From a virus (lineage: Duplodnaviria; Caudoviricetes), in the IMG/VR virus record IMGVR_UViG_3300030329_003852, positions 1 through 24,377 of that record: a stretch of 24,377 bases of DNA, one strand, 5' to 3'. Position numbers and translations under genes: made by a program. The notes under the pieces were generated by a model. It saw only the letters and a program-made list of their open reading frames with translations. It had not been told where the DNA came from and did not search any database. Positions 1-6,724 of this stretch are shown here, piece after piece. Each line of letters begins with the position of its first letter. Position 1 is the first letter of the stretch.

Positions 1-430
1 TTTTTTTAAGATAGTTAGCAAGTAGTATTGCATCAGCATTGTATAGAGTAACCTTATGATCAGGATATAGCTGCTGTGCTAATTGCTTTAGATAATGTTT
101 CCTATCCTTCTTCTCCATCTTTGGAACAGAGAAAAACTTCATCCAAGTTATAGGTGTAACTAACTTATACTGGATATGTAATGCACTTAATATGCCTAAC
201 CACACTCCATAATTATAACCAAAATTGAAACAAGAAGTAACCCCTTGTCCTGGAAAAGCATGGACTTTCTCTACAATAGCAGTACACTTTCTAATATTCT
301 TAGAGAGGATTAACTCCTCTGCCATGTCATGAGTAGTCTTAGGACACTTAAATGTTTTAATATCATCATCCATTAGAAAGCATATACCACCTGCTTTACC
401 AGGATCTATTCCAATATATATCTTATCCAT
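1..430 (-). CDS. RuvC-like Holliday junction resolvase (3' end runs off the window; absent from ORF track)
   Basis: Manual translation from ATG 430: MDKIYIGIDPGKAGGICF...AIVEKVHAFPGQGVTSCFNFGYNYGVWLGIL...VTPITWMK...NADAILLANYLKK. Shows the IGIDPG, VE, FGxxxG, PxxW and ADAxLLA RuvC-family motifs. ATG overlaps the upstream stop (TAATG). Confidence 0.88.
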   Translation of the reverse strand, partial: MDKIYIGIDPGKAGGICFLMDDDIKTFKCPKTTHDMAEELILSKNIRKCTAIVEKVHAFPGQGVTSCFNFGYNYGVWLGILSALHIQYKLVTPITWMKFFSVPKMEKKDRKHYLKQLAQQLYPDHKVTLYNADAILLANYLKK

Positions 431-1308
431 TATTGATACTTCTCCGTTATATCTGTTAGTGATAAAGTTCCATTAGCTTTCTTCTCTGGTAGTAAAGCAG
501 CATTACAACAGTAACTATCAGTATTCTGGACTTTATAAGGATCATAGAAATCAGATGTATTACACTTAGCACAATATCCTAATACAGCATTACCTGTAGC
601 ATCTAACTTATATTCCACCTTCGCAGGTTTATCTTTTACCTCAGTATCTAATATATCTGTCCAGGATTCACCATTAATATAAGTCGTTGGTAATTTAATC
701 ATATTTCTCTCTATAGAGTTTAATTCAATCCATTTATTATAATTCTTAACTCCCTCTATGCATAGTAGTTGATTCTTTCTAGTTAGATTCTTAAATGCTG
801 TATATGCTCTTTTCTTATCTTGCTTTCTTTTATATAATTCATAAAATTCATTAAATAGTTCAAGTGCTTTATCTTGAACAGTTTCTTTCTTTTCTTTTGT
901 CTTCCTTTGTCTTCCTTTCCTTTCCTTTGGTGTATACTCATCTGGGAATATTCTTGTATCATTCCCATAGTTCTCCAAGATTGCCTTCTTGAACTTATGT
1001 CTGCTCGGTGTTGGCTTATCAATTCTTTGGTGATTTTTCCAATTTGTTATTCTAATTAAAGTTCTTTCATTATTTAGCTCTATCAAACCTACTCCAAGAA
1101 GGTTCTTGATGTAATCTTCTACCATTGAAATTGTTATATTTTCATCACATGCATAGCATACTGACTTCATTGTTAAAGCACTATTTTTCAAGATACCATC
1201 ATCATCAGCTACATTAAACATAGCAATAAACATAAGTCGTTCATATGGACTTATGCTTAATATTCTATGGCTGTGCCAGAACTCCTTTTTAATCATTCTA
1301 TTTCTCAT
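430..1308 (-). CDS. Phage replication initiator / replisome organizer
   Basis: N-terminus MRNRMIKKEFW...RLMFIAMFNVADDDG...ITNWKNHQRIDKPTPS, basic linker, FNEFYELYKRKQDKKRA...PTTYINGESW domain, C-terminal CxxC...CC. Start moved from 1365 (TTG) to ATG 1308, which follows purine-rich GGGAAGGGAA. Confidence 0.8.
   Translation of the reverse strand: MRNRMIKKEFWHSHRILSISPYERLMFIAMFNVADDDGILKNSALTMKSVCYACDENITISMVEDYIKNLLGVGLIELNNERTLIRITNWKNHQRIDKPTPSRHKFKKAILENYGNDTRIFPDEYTPKERKGRQRKTKEKKETVQDKALELFNEFYELYKRKQDKKRAYTAFKNLTRKNQLLCIEGVKNYNKWIELNSIERNMIKLPTTYINGESWTDILDTEVKDKPAKVEYKLDATGNAVLGYCAKCNTSDFYDPYKVQNTDSYCCNAALLPEKKANGTLSLTDITEKYQ
881..930. repeat. Imperfect 10-bp tandem repeats inside the rep gene (candidate origin/iteron region)
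   Basis: gtttctttct tttcttttgt cttcctttgt cttcctttcc tttcctttgg. Lies in the interdomain linker of the initiator, where lambdoid-type origins are usually found. Confidence 0.35.
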
Positions 1309-1385
1309 CTTTGTTCCCTTCCCATTAAGTAACCTAAAATAAATCCCACTAGCCAAGCTAGACAATATAGTATTATTAATTGTAT
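1305..1385 (-). CDS. Putative 26-aa membrane peptide with non-canonical ATA start, or a start-less remnant
   Basis: IQLIILYCLAWLVGFILGYLMGREQR*. Fills the gap exactly: begins inside the MTase stop (TAATA) and ends in an ATGA overlap with the rep start. Single hydrophobic helix. Confidence 0.45.
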   Translation of the reverse strand: MQLIILYCLAWLVGFILGYLMGREQR

Positions 1386-1990
1386 TAAAATAAAGTTTCC
1401 TGCCTAGTTAATTGATTAATTCTTTTCTTTGCTTCTTTATAATAGTCTTTATCAATTTCTATTCCTAATAATTCCACCCCATAGTAATGACAAGCAATCG
1501 CTATACTTCCACTACCTAAATGTGTATCTAAAATCTTTTGACCTTCTTTTGCATATTTACTTAACAGCCACTTATATAATTCTATTGGTTTTTGAGTAGG
1601 ATGTATCTTTCCACCTCTCCTATTATCATATTTAAACATTCTTGCTACACAATCAAAAGATGTCCATGCCATCTCCCAAGCACTAAAATTTGGAAATGGC
1701 TGCACTTTATCCCAGCATATAATTCCTCTTGTAGGTGGTAAATCAAAATAGTTCCCCCCCCAAATAATCTGATTTTTACTAACTCTAAATAATTCATCAA
1801 AATATTCTTTTGTAGGTGCAATATCCCAACTTGTATCTGATTGATTTAAAACCCTACTTTTTAATTTTCCTGACCCTTGCATACTTGATTTATCTAAATT
1901 GTAAGGTGGATCTACAATAGCCAAATCAAAATGGTTATTATCATAATCTTTCATAACATTCATGCAATCGTCATTTATTAATTTAATCAA
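1385..1990 (-). CDS. DNA N6-adenine/N4-cytosine methyltransferase (beta class)
   Basis: N-terminal DLAIVDPPY catalytic motif, HPTQKP, and C-terminal SAM-binding ILDTHLGSGSIAIA...GIEID. Confidence 0.92.
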   Translation of the reverse strand: MIKLINDDCMNVMKDYDNNHFDLAIVDPPYNLDKSSMQGSGKLKSRVLNQSDTSWDIAPTKEYFDELFRVSKNQIIWGGNYFDLPPTRGIICWDKVQPFPNFSAWEMAWTSFDCVARMFKYDNRRGGKIHPTQKPIELYKWLLSKYAKEGQKILDTHLGSGSIAIACHYYGVELLGIEIDKDYYKEAKKRINQLTRQETLF

Positions 1991-2604
1991 AATAATATTC
2001 CTTCAAGTATTTCTTCACATAATTGTCTAGGTACTACTGACCTCTCATAATTTCCTTTTAACCCTTGAGTTCCAGTTTGTGAACCTCTTGGTGCAGCTTC
2101 ATGATGGCAGTTTTTATTACCATTATGACACATTGATCTAGGAATCCAAAACATATCATTTGTCCATATATCTGTAGGTTTCATTCTATTTTCCCCATAT
2201 TGGCAATAGCATATAGTCCTTCTATATGGAACACTTTGTATAACAGGTAATTTTCTCAACTTACCTCTTGGATTCTCTATATAAAATCTTCCTGGATTTA
2301 ATTCTTTTATAATATCTAATGTTTTTTGAACAATTTTAACTCCCAAAATAGCTTCTTTAGTTTTAGGAGTATGGTCTTTATTCCAATGATGTCCAATAGA
2401 AGCTACAGAAAAATATGTACAAGGAGGAGATGCCCATATAATATCAGGCTCAAATGGTATTTTACTTATATCGAAATCAAATATATCACAAACTTGGTCT
2501 ATTTTTTTAAATGGTTTAAAATCAGTAGTATATGTTTCATGACCTAATTCTTCTGCAACCTTTGAAAATGACCTAGATCCTGCAAATAGTTCTAATACTT
2601 TCAT
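1987..2604 (-). CDS. Short C5-cytosine DNA methyltransferase-like protein
   Basis: Motif I VLELFAGSRS, motif IV WASPPC, motif VI IENP, YCQYG...KPT, C-terminal ERSVVP. Only 205 aa. Confidence 0.85.
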   Translation of the reverse strand: MKVLELFAGSRSFSKVAEELGHETYTTDFKPFKKIDQVCDIFDFDISKIPFEPDIIWASPPCTYFSVASIGHHWNKDHTPKTKEAILGVKIVQKTLDIIKELNPGRFYIENPRGKLRKLPVIQSVPYRRTICYCQYGENRMKPTDIWTNDMFWIPRSMCHNGNKNCHHEAAPRGSQTGTQGLKGNYERSVVPRQLCEEILEGILF

Positions 2605-2631
2605 TATATCATCCAGATATACATATTAATC

Positions 2632-2811
2632 TCAACAATCATCATATAAGAACTCTCCAAGAGTATCTGATACTATAAAATTACAACTTGGATTACTACA
2701 AGCTAATGCAGGTTCTGTTACATCACATCCTCTAAACACATCTGTTTCAAACAATGTTGCAGTACATTTTGGACAGTTAGGCATTATATTTTCTCCCTTA
2801 TAAGGCATCAT
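2632..2811 (-). CDS. Small Cys-rich zinc-ribbon-like protein (59 aa; absent from ORF track)
   Basis: GGAGAGAG RBS then MMPYKGENIMPNCPKCTATLFETDVFRGCDVTEPALACSNPSCNFIVSDTLGEFLYDDC*. CxxC...CxxxxC pattern. Alternative start at 2784. Confidence 0.7.
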   Translation of the reverse strand: MMPYKGENIMPNCPKCTATLFETDVFRGCDVTEPALACSNPSCNFIVSDTLGEFLYDDC

Positions 2812-2831
2812 ACTCTCTCCATTTTAATTAT

Positions 2832-3167
2832 TTAAATATTTTGTTTTTGAAATAAAGGATTGATAATTGTAAAATTATAATCTTCTTCAAGGTTTAAAAC
2901 ATCATTCCAATCAACTCCCCTTACTCCATAAAGTCCACCTATTAAAAACTCAAGCATATGCTCACTACCATAAAGCTCTCCACCTTTTCCCCCTTTTGAA
3001 AATAGAGCAGGGTTACTTCTTTGTTCATTCTTTAAATTTTCTATATGAAATAATAAATAATAGTATTTAGAAACAAGCCTTTCTAATATATTGTAAACAT
3101 CATTCTCTATATTAGCATCATAGTAAACTTTGTCAGACCTTTCTATAGCAAATATACTAGTTCCCAT
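2832..3167 (-). CDS. Hypothetical protein
   Basis: 111-aa ORF with AAGGAG RBS, co-oriented with neighbours. No motif recognised. Confidence 0.7.
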   Translation of the reverse strand: MGTSIFAIERSDKVYYDANIENDVYNILERLVSKYYYLLFHIENLKNEQRSNPALFSKGGKGGELYGSEHMLEFLIGGLYGVRGVDWNDVLNLEEDYNFTIINPLFQKQNI

Positions 3168-3176
3168 GTTAGCTCC

Positions 3177-3371
3177 TTATAACCTAAATTTTTCTATCAT
3201 TTGATCTAAATACTTCTTACCTACATACAAGACTGCAATAACAAATATAATTGATAATACATCTATATAATGATTCCCTGAATCTGATTCTAATGTTCCC
3301 ATAGGTGTTTCAATAGACATCTTTTTAGATTGTAATGTTGTATCTAATGTATTAATTGGTTTTGGTTTCAT
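3177..3371 (-). CDS. Small membrane protein
   Basis: 64 aa with one hydrophobic segment (VLSIIFVIAVLYVG). ATGA overlap with the upstream gene and GAGGAG RBS. Confidence 0.7.
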   Translation of the reverse strand: MKPKPINTLDTTLQSKKMSIETPMGTLESDSGNHYIDVLSIIFVIAVLYVGKKYLDQMIEKFRL

Positions 3372-3997
3372 TTGTTCTCCTCATAAAATGCTTGTGCGAA
3401 TCCAGGTGGTGTCATTGACCTTAATCTTGCTCTTTCGTTTGGTGGTAACTTGAAACTATCATAGAAGGTTCTTGACATTCTTTTAGTTTCTCCTTTTTTT
3501 GATATAAACTCTACCATATCAGGCTCTACTATGTTTGTAGGCTTTGGCATATTGAAATCTCCCCATAAACAAGTTCTTTTACTATAAGCATCACCATATT
3601 GATATGGCTGAAATGTGGATTTGGCATCTCCTATATAATGCTTTAATCTACCTACTGGATTTTCTAATACCCAAAAAGTTGGTTTGGTAATAAATACAAT
3701 TCTCAAACAAGCATCAACGACTGATAATCCCTCTAACAATGGCTTTGCACCTTTTTTCTTCCAATGCCTTGCTCCTGAACCACTAAAATGAGTACATGGT
3801 GGTGCTGACAATATTCCATATATTTTTTCTTTTGGTTTTTTAAATAATCTAACATCTCCTGTACCAAAATCATCTTCTAGCCATTCTTGTGGATCTATAA
3901 CCCTAACATCATAACCTGCTTCTTTATATGGTTTACTCCAAGAGCCTGTACCACCACATAAGTCCAGTATTATTTTATCTTGAGCAAATAAGCTCAC
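3368..3997 (-). CDS. Second short C5-cytosine DNA methyltransferase-like protein
   Basis: ILDLCGGTGSWS (motif I), SAPPC (IV), LENP (VI), QYGD..SKRT, RSMTPPGFA. GTG start overlaps the upstream TGA. Confidence 0.85.
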   Translation of the reverse strand: MSLFAQDKIILDLCGGTGSWSKPYKEAGYDVRVIDPQEWLEDDFGTGDVRLFKKPKEKIYGILSAPPCTHFSGSGARHWKKKGAKPLLEGLSVVDACLRIVFITKPTFWVLENPVGRLKHYIGDAKSTFQPYQYGDAYSKRTCLWGDFNMPKPTNIVEPDMVEFISKKGETKRMSRTFYDSFKLPPNERARLRSMTPPGFAQAFYEENK

Positions 3998-4104
3998 CTA
4001 GACCTTCTAATCCAAACACAACAAGTAATACATAAAAAGATATATAAAACACATTGTGTTAATGTTTCTATCATATACAATAAATTATACATTTCGTCTG
4101 TCAT
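3994..4104 (-). CDS. 36-aa membrane peptide (absent from ORF track)
   Basis: MTDEMYNLLYMIETLTQCVLYIFLCITCCVWIRRSR*. TAATG overlap at the start and GTGA overlap at the end. Confidence 0.65.
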   Translation of the reverse strand: MTDEMYNLLYMIETLTQCVLYIFLCITCCVWIRRSR

Positions 4105-4268
4105 TATTCTACCACCTTTACATAAAGAGGATTCCATTCATAATCACCTCTTGTTGAAGATATACTGCTTTGATCTGCATTTAATGGACTACTACAGCTC
4201 CATAATGCTATCATAATAGCTATTCCAGTAATCATTCCTAATATGTAGTCAGTTGTTTTATTTTTCAT
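4104..4268 (-). CDS. Putative 54-aa lipoprotein (absent from ORF track)
   Basis: MKNKTTDYILGMITGIAIMIALWSC-SSPLNADQSSISSTRGDYEWNPLYVKVVE*. Basic N-terminus, hydrophobic core and a lipobox-like LWSC. Confidence 0.7.
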   Translation of the reverse strand: MKNKTTDYILGMITGIAIMIALWSCSSPLNADQSSISSTRGDYEWNPLYVKVVE

Positions 4269-4482
4269 GTCCTGGCATCCTTTTTGTTTTTTTACCTATA
4301 GTTGGAAAATCTTTATAGACATCTATCTCACCATACCATGCTGTTTGCCATACAGAATTACAACAATCACAAACAAACATTTTATCATCTTGGTAATACC
4401 TATTATTATCAACAGAATTTAATTCTTTCTGCTTGGTCATATGTTGTCTTATAAAGACATCTATGATCCATTCTGTACTCAT
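4258..4482 (-). CDS. Hypothetical protein with CxxC (possible Zn-binding)
   Basis: 74 aa containing FVCDCCNSVWQ. TAATG-coupled to the upstream gene. Confidence 0.7.
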   Translation of the reverse strand: MSTEWIIDVFIRQHMTKQKELNSVDNNRYYQDDKMFVCDCCNSVWQTAWYGEIDVYKDFPTIGKKTKRMPGHEK

Positions 4483-4817
4483 TAAAATAGATTACCTTGA
4501 TTTTCAGGAGCATCCCAAGTGCGAATCTCCCCCACAACATTCTTAGAATGCTCCTGCCTAACCTTCCATTTTTCTCCCCTTAAAGATTCATTTTCTTCTT
4601 GAACCTTTTGCCTACATCTCCAAAGAGATACTGGATTGCTAAGTTCTTTCCTAGATAATAAACATAATAGTTCAAAAGCTGACATAGTATCTGTTATATC
4701 CTTGCCACCTAATTCCTCGTTCCATATAATAGCAAGTAATGACATATCATTATCTCTTGATTGAGGGTATTTCTCTAATACTTCAGTAACTTTTTTCTTT
4801 ACGTTTTTTATCTTCAT
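4482..4817 (-). CDS. Hypothetical protein
   Basis: 111 aa, GGAG RBS, helical. No confident family. Confidence 0.75.
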   Translation of the reverse strand: MKIKNVKKKVTEVLEKYPQSRDNDMSLLAIIWNEELGGKDITDTMSAFELLCLLSRKELSNPVSLWRCRQKVQEENESLRGEKWKVRQEHSKNVVGEIRTWDAPENQGNLF

Positions 4818-4833
4818 TTATTCTCCAAAATGG

Positions 4834-4914
4834 TGGGGAGAGTTGTCAATTAAACCAAAGGAGTTCGGCAGCGAAGGGAATCTGCTGCTGGACTTTTGAG
4901 GTTATCTCTCCCCA
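4834..4914 (-). ncRNA. Structured intergenic RNA downstream of ssb; candidate antisense regulator
   Basis: 9-bp perfect outer stem (tggggagag 4834-4842 / ctctcccca 4906-4914) and inner stem (gcagc 4868-4872 / gctgc 4884-4888, extendable). Locally GC-rich. Contains sequence complementary to the mRNA at 6567-6585. Confidence 0.6.
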
Positions 4915-4919
4915 TTTAA

Positions 4920-5378
4920 TTAAAATGGCAAATCATCCTCAGTAACTGTAGATTTTTTACCTTTTTTCTTATTAAATGCATCCCACATTATATTGACTTT
5001 TTCATCTGTAGAAAGCTCTTTTACTTCACTAGGTTTATTAGCATCCATAGAATTTGCAACATTACTTATAACATCAGTAATAGATTTTTTCTCAACAGGA
5101 CTTGCCTCACCATTAGGCTTAACATCCCAAGTAGTTTTATTATCAGTTACAACTTTAGTAATAACAAGTTTAGATCCTGCTTTAACACCTAATCCTTGCA
5201 ATAACTCATGTAATATCTGAGTAGCAAAGAATCCAGACTCACCTTTTATATTTTCTTTAGTACCATATAGATACCAAGTTCCATACTGTCCATCACCTGT
5301 TTTAGGTTCATCAAAACTCAACTCAACATCTACAGGCATATTTGGGTTAAACTTCATAGCTTTATTTTCCATCTTCAT
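4920..5378 (-). CDS. ssb: Single-stranded DNA-binding protein (putative)
   Basis: Beta-rich OB-like N-terminus (KTGDGQYGTWYLY), flexible tail ending in the acidic SSB tip EDDLPF. Lies next to an exonuclease. AAGGAG RBS. Confidence 0.7.
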   Translation of the reverse strand: MKMENKAMKFNPNMPVDVELSFDEPKTGDGQYGTWYLYGTKENIKGESGFFATQILHELLQGLGVKAGSKLVITKVVTDNKTTWDVKPNGEASPVEKKSITDVISNVANSMDANKPSEVKELSTDEKVNIMWDAFNKKKGKKSTVTEDDLPF

Positions 5379-6213
5379 TATTCTCCTTTAATGTAATTAT
5401 TTCATCCATTTGAAATTCTTCTTTTATTTTAGGCATCTTACCATATGCATTACTATTCATATAATGAAATAAATGCACAGTAGATAACCACTCTTGCTCA
5501 TTAAATCTATATTTTTTTAACTTGTAATTACCATTATCTTTAAGGTATAAACAATACATCTCATCTATAGTACCATGTTCTTCACCATGTATAGAATCGA
5601 ACAAGATTTTATAACTGCAAAGCTGCAACTCATGATTTTTGCTATACTCCTTGCCTGTTTTAATATCTACTATGGCTAATTTAGGCTGACCATTTTTATC
5701 AGGCATTACTAGGATGTAATCTGCTGTTCCTGCAAAAGGTATATCTCTGGAGTATAAACTTAGCTCTATTGCTTTAATTACAGGTCTATGTTCGTTATAA
5801 AACTTCTTAAATGCAAGTATATTATGATAAATATCTTCAGTAATTTCATATGTATTACCTTTATCATATAATTTAGTATCAGTTCGCAAATCATCACCAC
5901 CTGCTATAACAGAACAACATACATGGATGATAGTTCCTTTAGTGGCAGCTTCATTCATTAACCTATCACAATCGTTGCCATGAGCCTTTAGCCAAGAGGA
6001 GAAAAATACTCCTTTTGATAATACATTTAATATAGTAGTGCTAGAATATATGCATTTTCTATCTTCATCATCAGGGTTATAATAAGTCCTACCTATACTC
6101 GTATCTTTACGTCTTATAGAGCATTTAGGTTCTATTTGATTAAAACCTTCTTTAACAGTAAAATCTAAGTCTATCTTCTTCGGAAGAACTTGACTGGTTT
6201 CTTTTGTCGGCAT
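5362..6213 (-). CDS. PD-(D/E)XK exonuclease (RecB/Cas4-like phage nuclease)
   Basis: YSSTTIL...AATKGTIIH...IELSL...FAGTADYI...IVDIKTGK...LQLCSY motif order. Confidence 0.85.
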   Translation of the reverse strand: MPTKETSQVLPKKIDLDFTVKEGFNQIEPKCSIRRKDTSIGRTYYNPDDEDRKCIYSSTTILNVLSKGVFFSSWLKAHGNDCDRLMNEAATKGTIIHVCCSVIAGGDDLRTDTKLYDKGNTYEITEDIYHNILAFKKFYNEHRPVIKAIELSLYSRDIPFAGTADYILVMPDKNGQPKLAIVDIKTGKEYSKNHELQLCSYKILFDSIHGEEHGTIDEMYCLYLKDNGNYKLKKYRFNEQEWLSTVHLFHYMNSNAYGKMPKIKEEFQMDEIITLKENNEDGK

Positions 6214-6368
6214 ATTCTTGCTCCTTCAATTAATAGATCTAATATTAAATCTTGTTTTCTATGAGTTTTCTCAGGTTCTTCTATTCTTTTATTAATCAAT
6301 ATCTTATCTATCTCAAGATTTAATTCTTGAGGTATCTTCAGATTAATAGAATGTTTAATCTTTCTCAT
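6171..6368 (-). CDS. Ribbon-helix-helix (Arc/CopG-like) DNA-binding protein
   Basis: Alternating strand HSINLKIP, then helix QELNLEIDKIL and second helix KQDLILDLLIEG. AAAGGA RBS. Confidence 0.6.
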   Translation of the reverse strand: MRKIKHSINLKIPQELNLEIDKILINKRIEEPEKTHRKQDLILDLLIEGARICRQKKPVKFFRRR

Positions 6369-6561
6369 CTAATATTCCTTTAAGCTGTTTTGAAGTTATA
6401 GTTCTTTTTTTCCAAGTATATCCATTACCATCACAATTTGTACACATATAAGTAATGAACCTTCTATCACTTTTACTGAAGTCTGCATCTTTCAAGATTT
6501 CCCCAGTTCCATTACACTTTTTACACTTGTTTTTAATTTTAATATCTAAATGAACTATCAA
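6355..6561 (-). CDS. Small DnaJ-type zinc-finger protein; first gene of the early operon
   Basis: Two CxxCxGxG repeats (CKKCNGTG, CTNCDGNG). Start re-assigned to TTG 6561, 5 nt after AAAGGAG; the track's start at 6648 lies in terminator/promoter DNA. Confidence 0.75.
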   Translation of the reverse strand: MIVHLDIKIKNKCKKCNGTGEILKDADFSKSDRRFITYMCTNCDGNGYTWKKRTITSKQLKGILDEKD

Positions 6562-6585
6562 GTTATCTCCTTTGCTTAATTGACA

Positions 6586-6622
6586 TATATATAATATATT
6601 ACAAAAATAACAAATATAACAA
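6586..6622 (-). promoter_or_regulatory. Putative sigma70-type early promoter
   Basis: TTGTTA (6622-6617), 18-nt spacer, TATATT (6598-6593); predicted +1 near 6586. Very AT-rich gap between the terminator and the first early gene. Confidence 0.5.
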
Positions 6623-6641
6623 TAATTATTTTCTTCTCTAT

Positions 6642-6677
6642 AAAACAATAAACCCCACTAAAAAGTGAGGTCTATTG
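6642..6677 (-). terminator. Intrinsic terminator of the structural operon
   Basis: Minus strand CAATAGACCTCACT-TTTT-AGTGGGGTTTATTG-TTTT: 14-bp stem with 2 G-U pairs followed by a U-tract, downstream of the last tail gene. Confidence 0.8.
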
Positions 6678-6692
6678 CTGTACTGGAACACA

Positions 6693-6718
6693 TCTAGGAT
6701 ACTGTGGGATACCCTAGA
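6693..6718 (-). other. Additional 3'-UTR hairpin
   Basis: Minus strand TCTAGGGTAT-CCCACA-GTATCCTAGA: 10-bp stem including 2 G-U pairs. Confidence 0.5.
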
Positions 6719-6724
6719 ATTTTT

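Noticed and set aside
783-1022. 79-aa alternative-frame ORF inside the rep gene
   Set aside because: Fully nested in rep, spans the low-complexity purine-rich linker, and has no convincing start context.
4834-4914. tRNA or simple terminator interpretation of the post-ssb structure
   Set aside because: No cloverleaf or T-loop consensus, and the enclosed region is too long for an intrinsic terminator. Several inner G-U pairs form better on the plus strand, so strand assignment remains uncertain.
5362-6213. Cas4/CRISPR association of the nuclease
   Set aside because: No repeat-spacer array or other cas genes seen. The context next to SSB fits a phage recombination exonuclease.
6580-6608. Divergent plus-strand promoter (TTGACA at 6580-6585)
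   Set aside because: The hexamer at 17-nt spacing is AAAAAT, lacking the first T, and no credible plus-strand gene follows. An antisense transcript cannot be excluded.
6602-6618. Bacteroidota-type TAnnTTTG promoter boxes on the minus strand
   Set aside because: No properly spaced upstream TTTG. The region is extremely AT-rich, and pervasive AGGAG RBS use argues against that host group.
6562-6648. N-terminal 29 codons of the track ORF 6355..6648
   Set aside because: Overlaps the terminator tail and AT-rich promoter. A strong RBS points to TTG 6561 instead.
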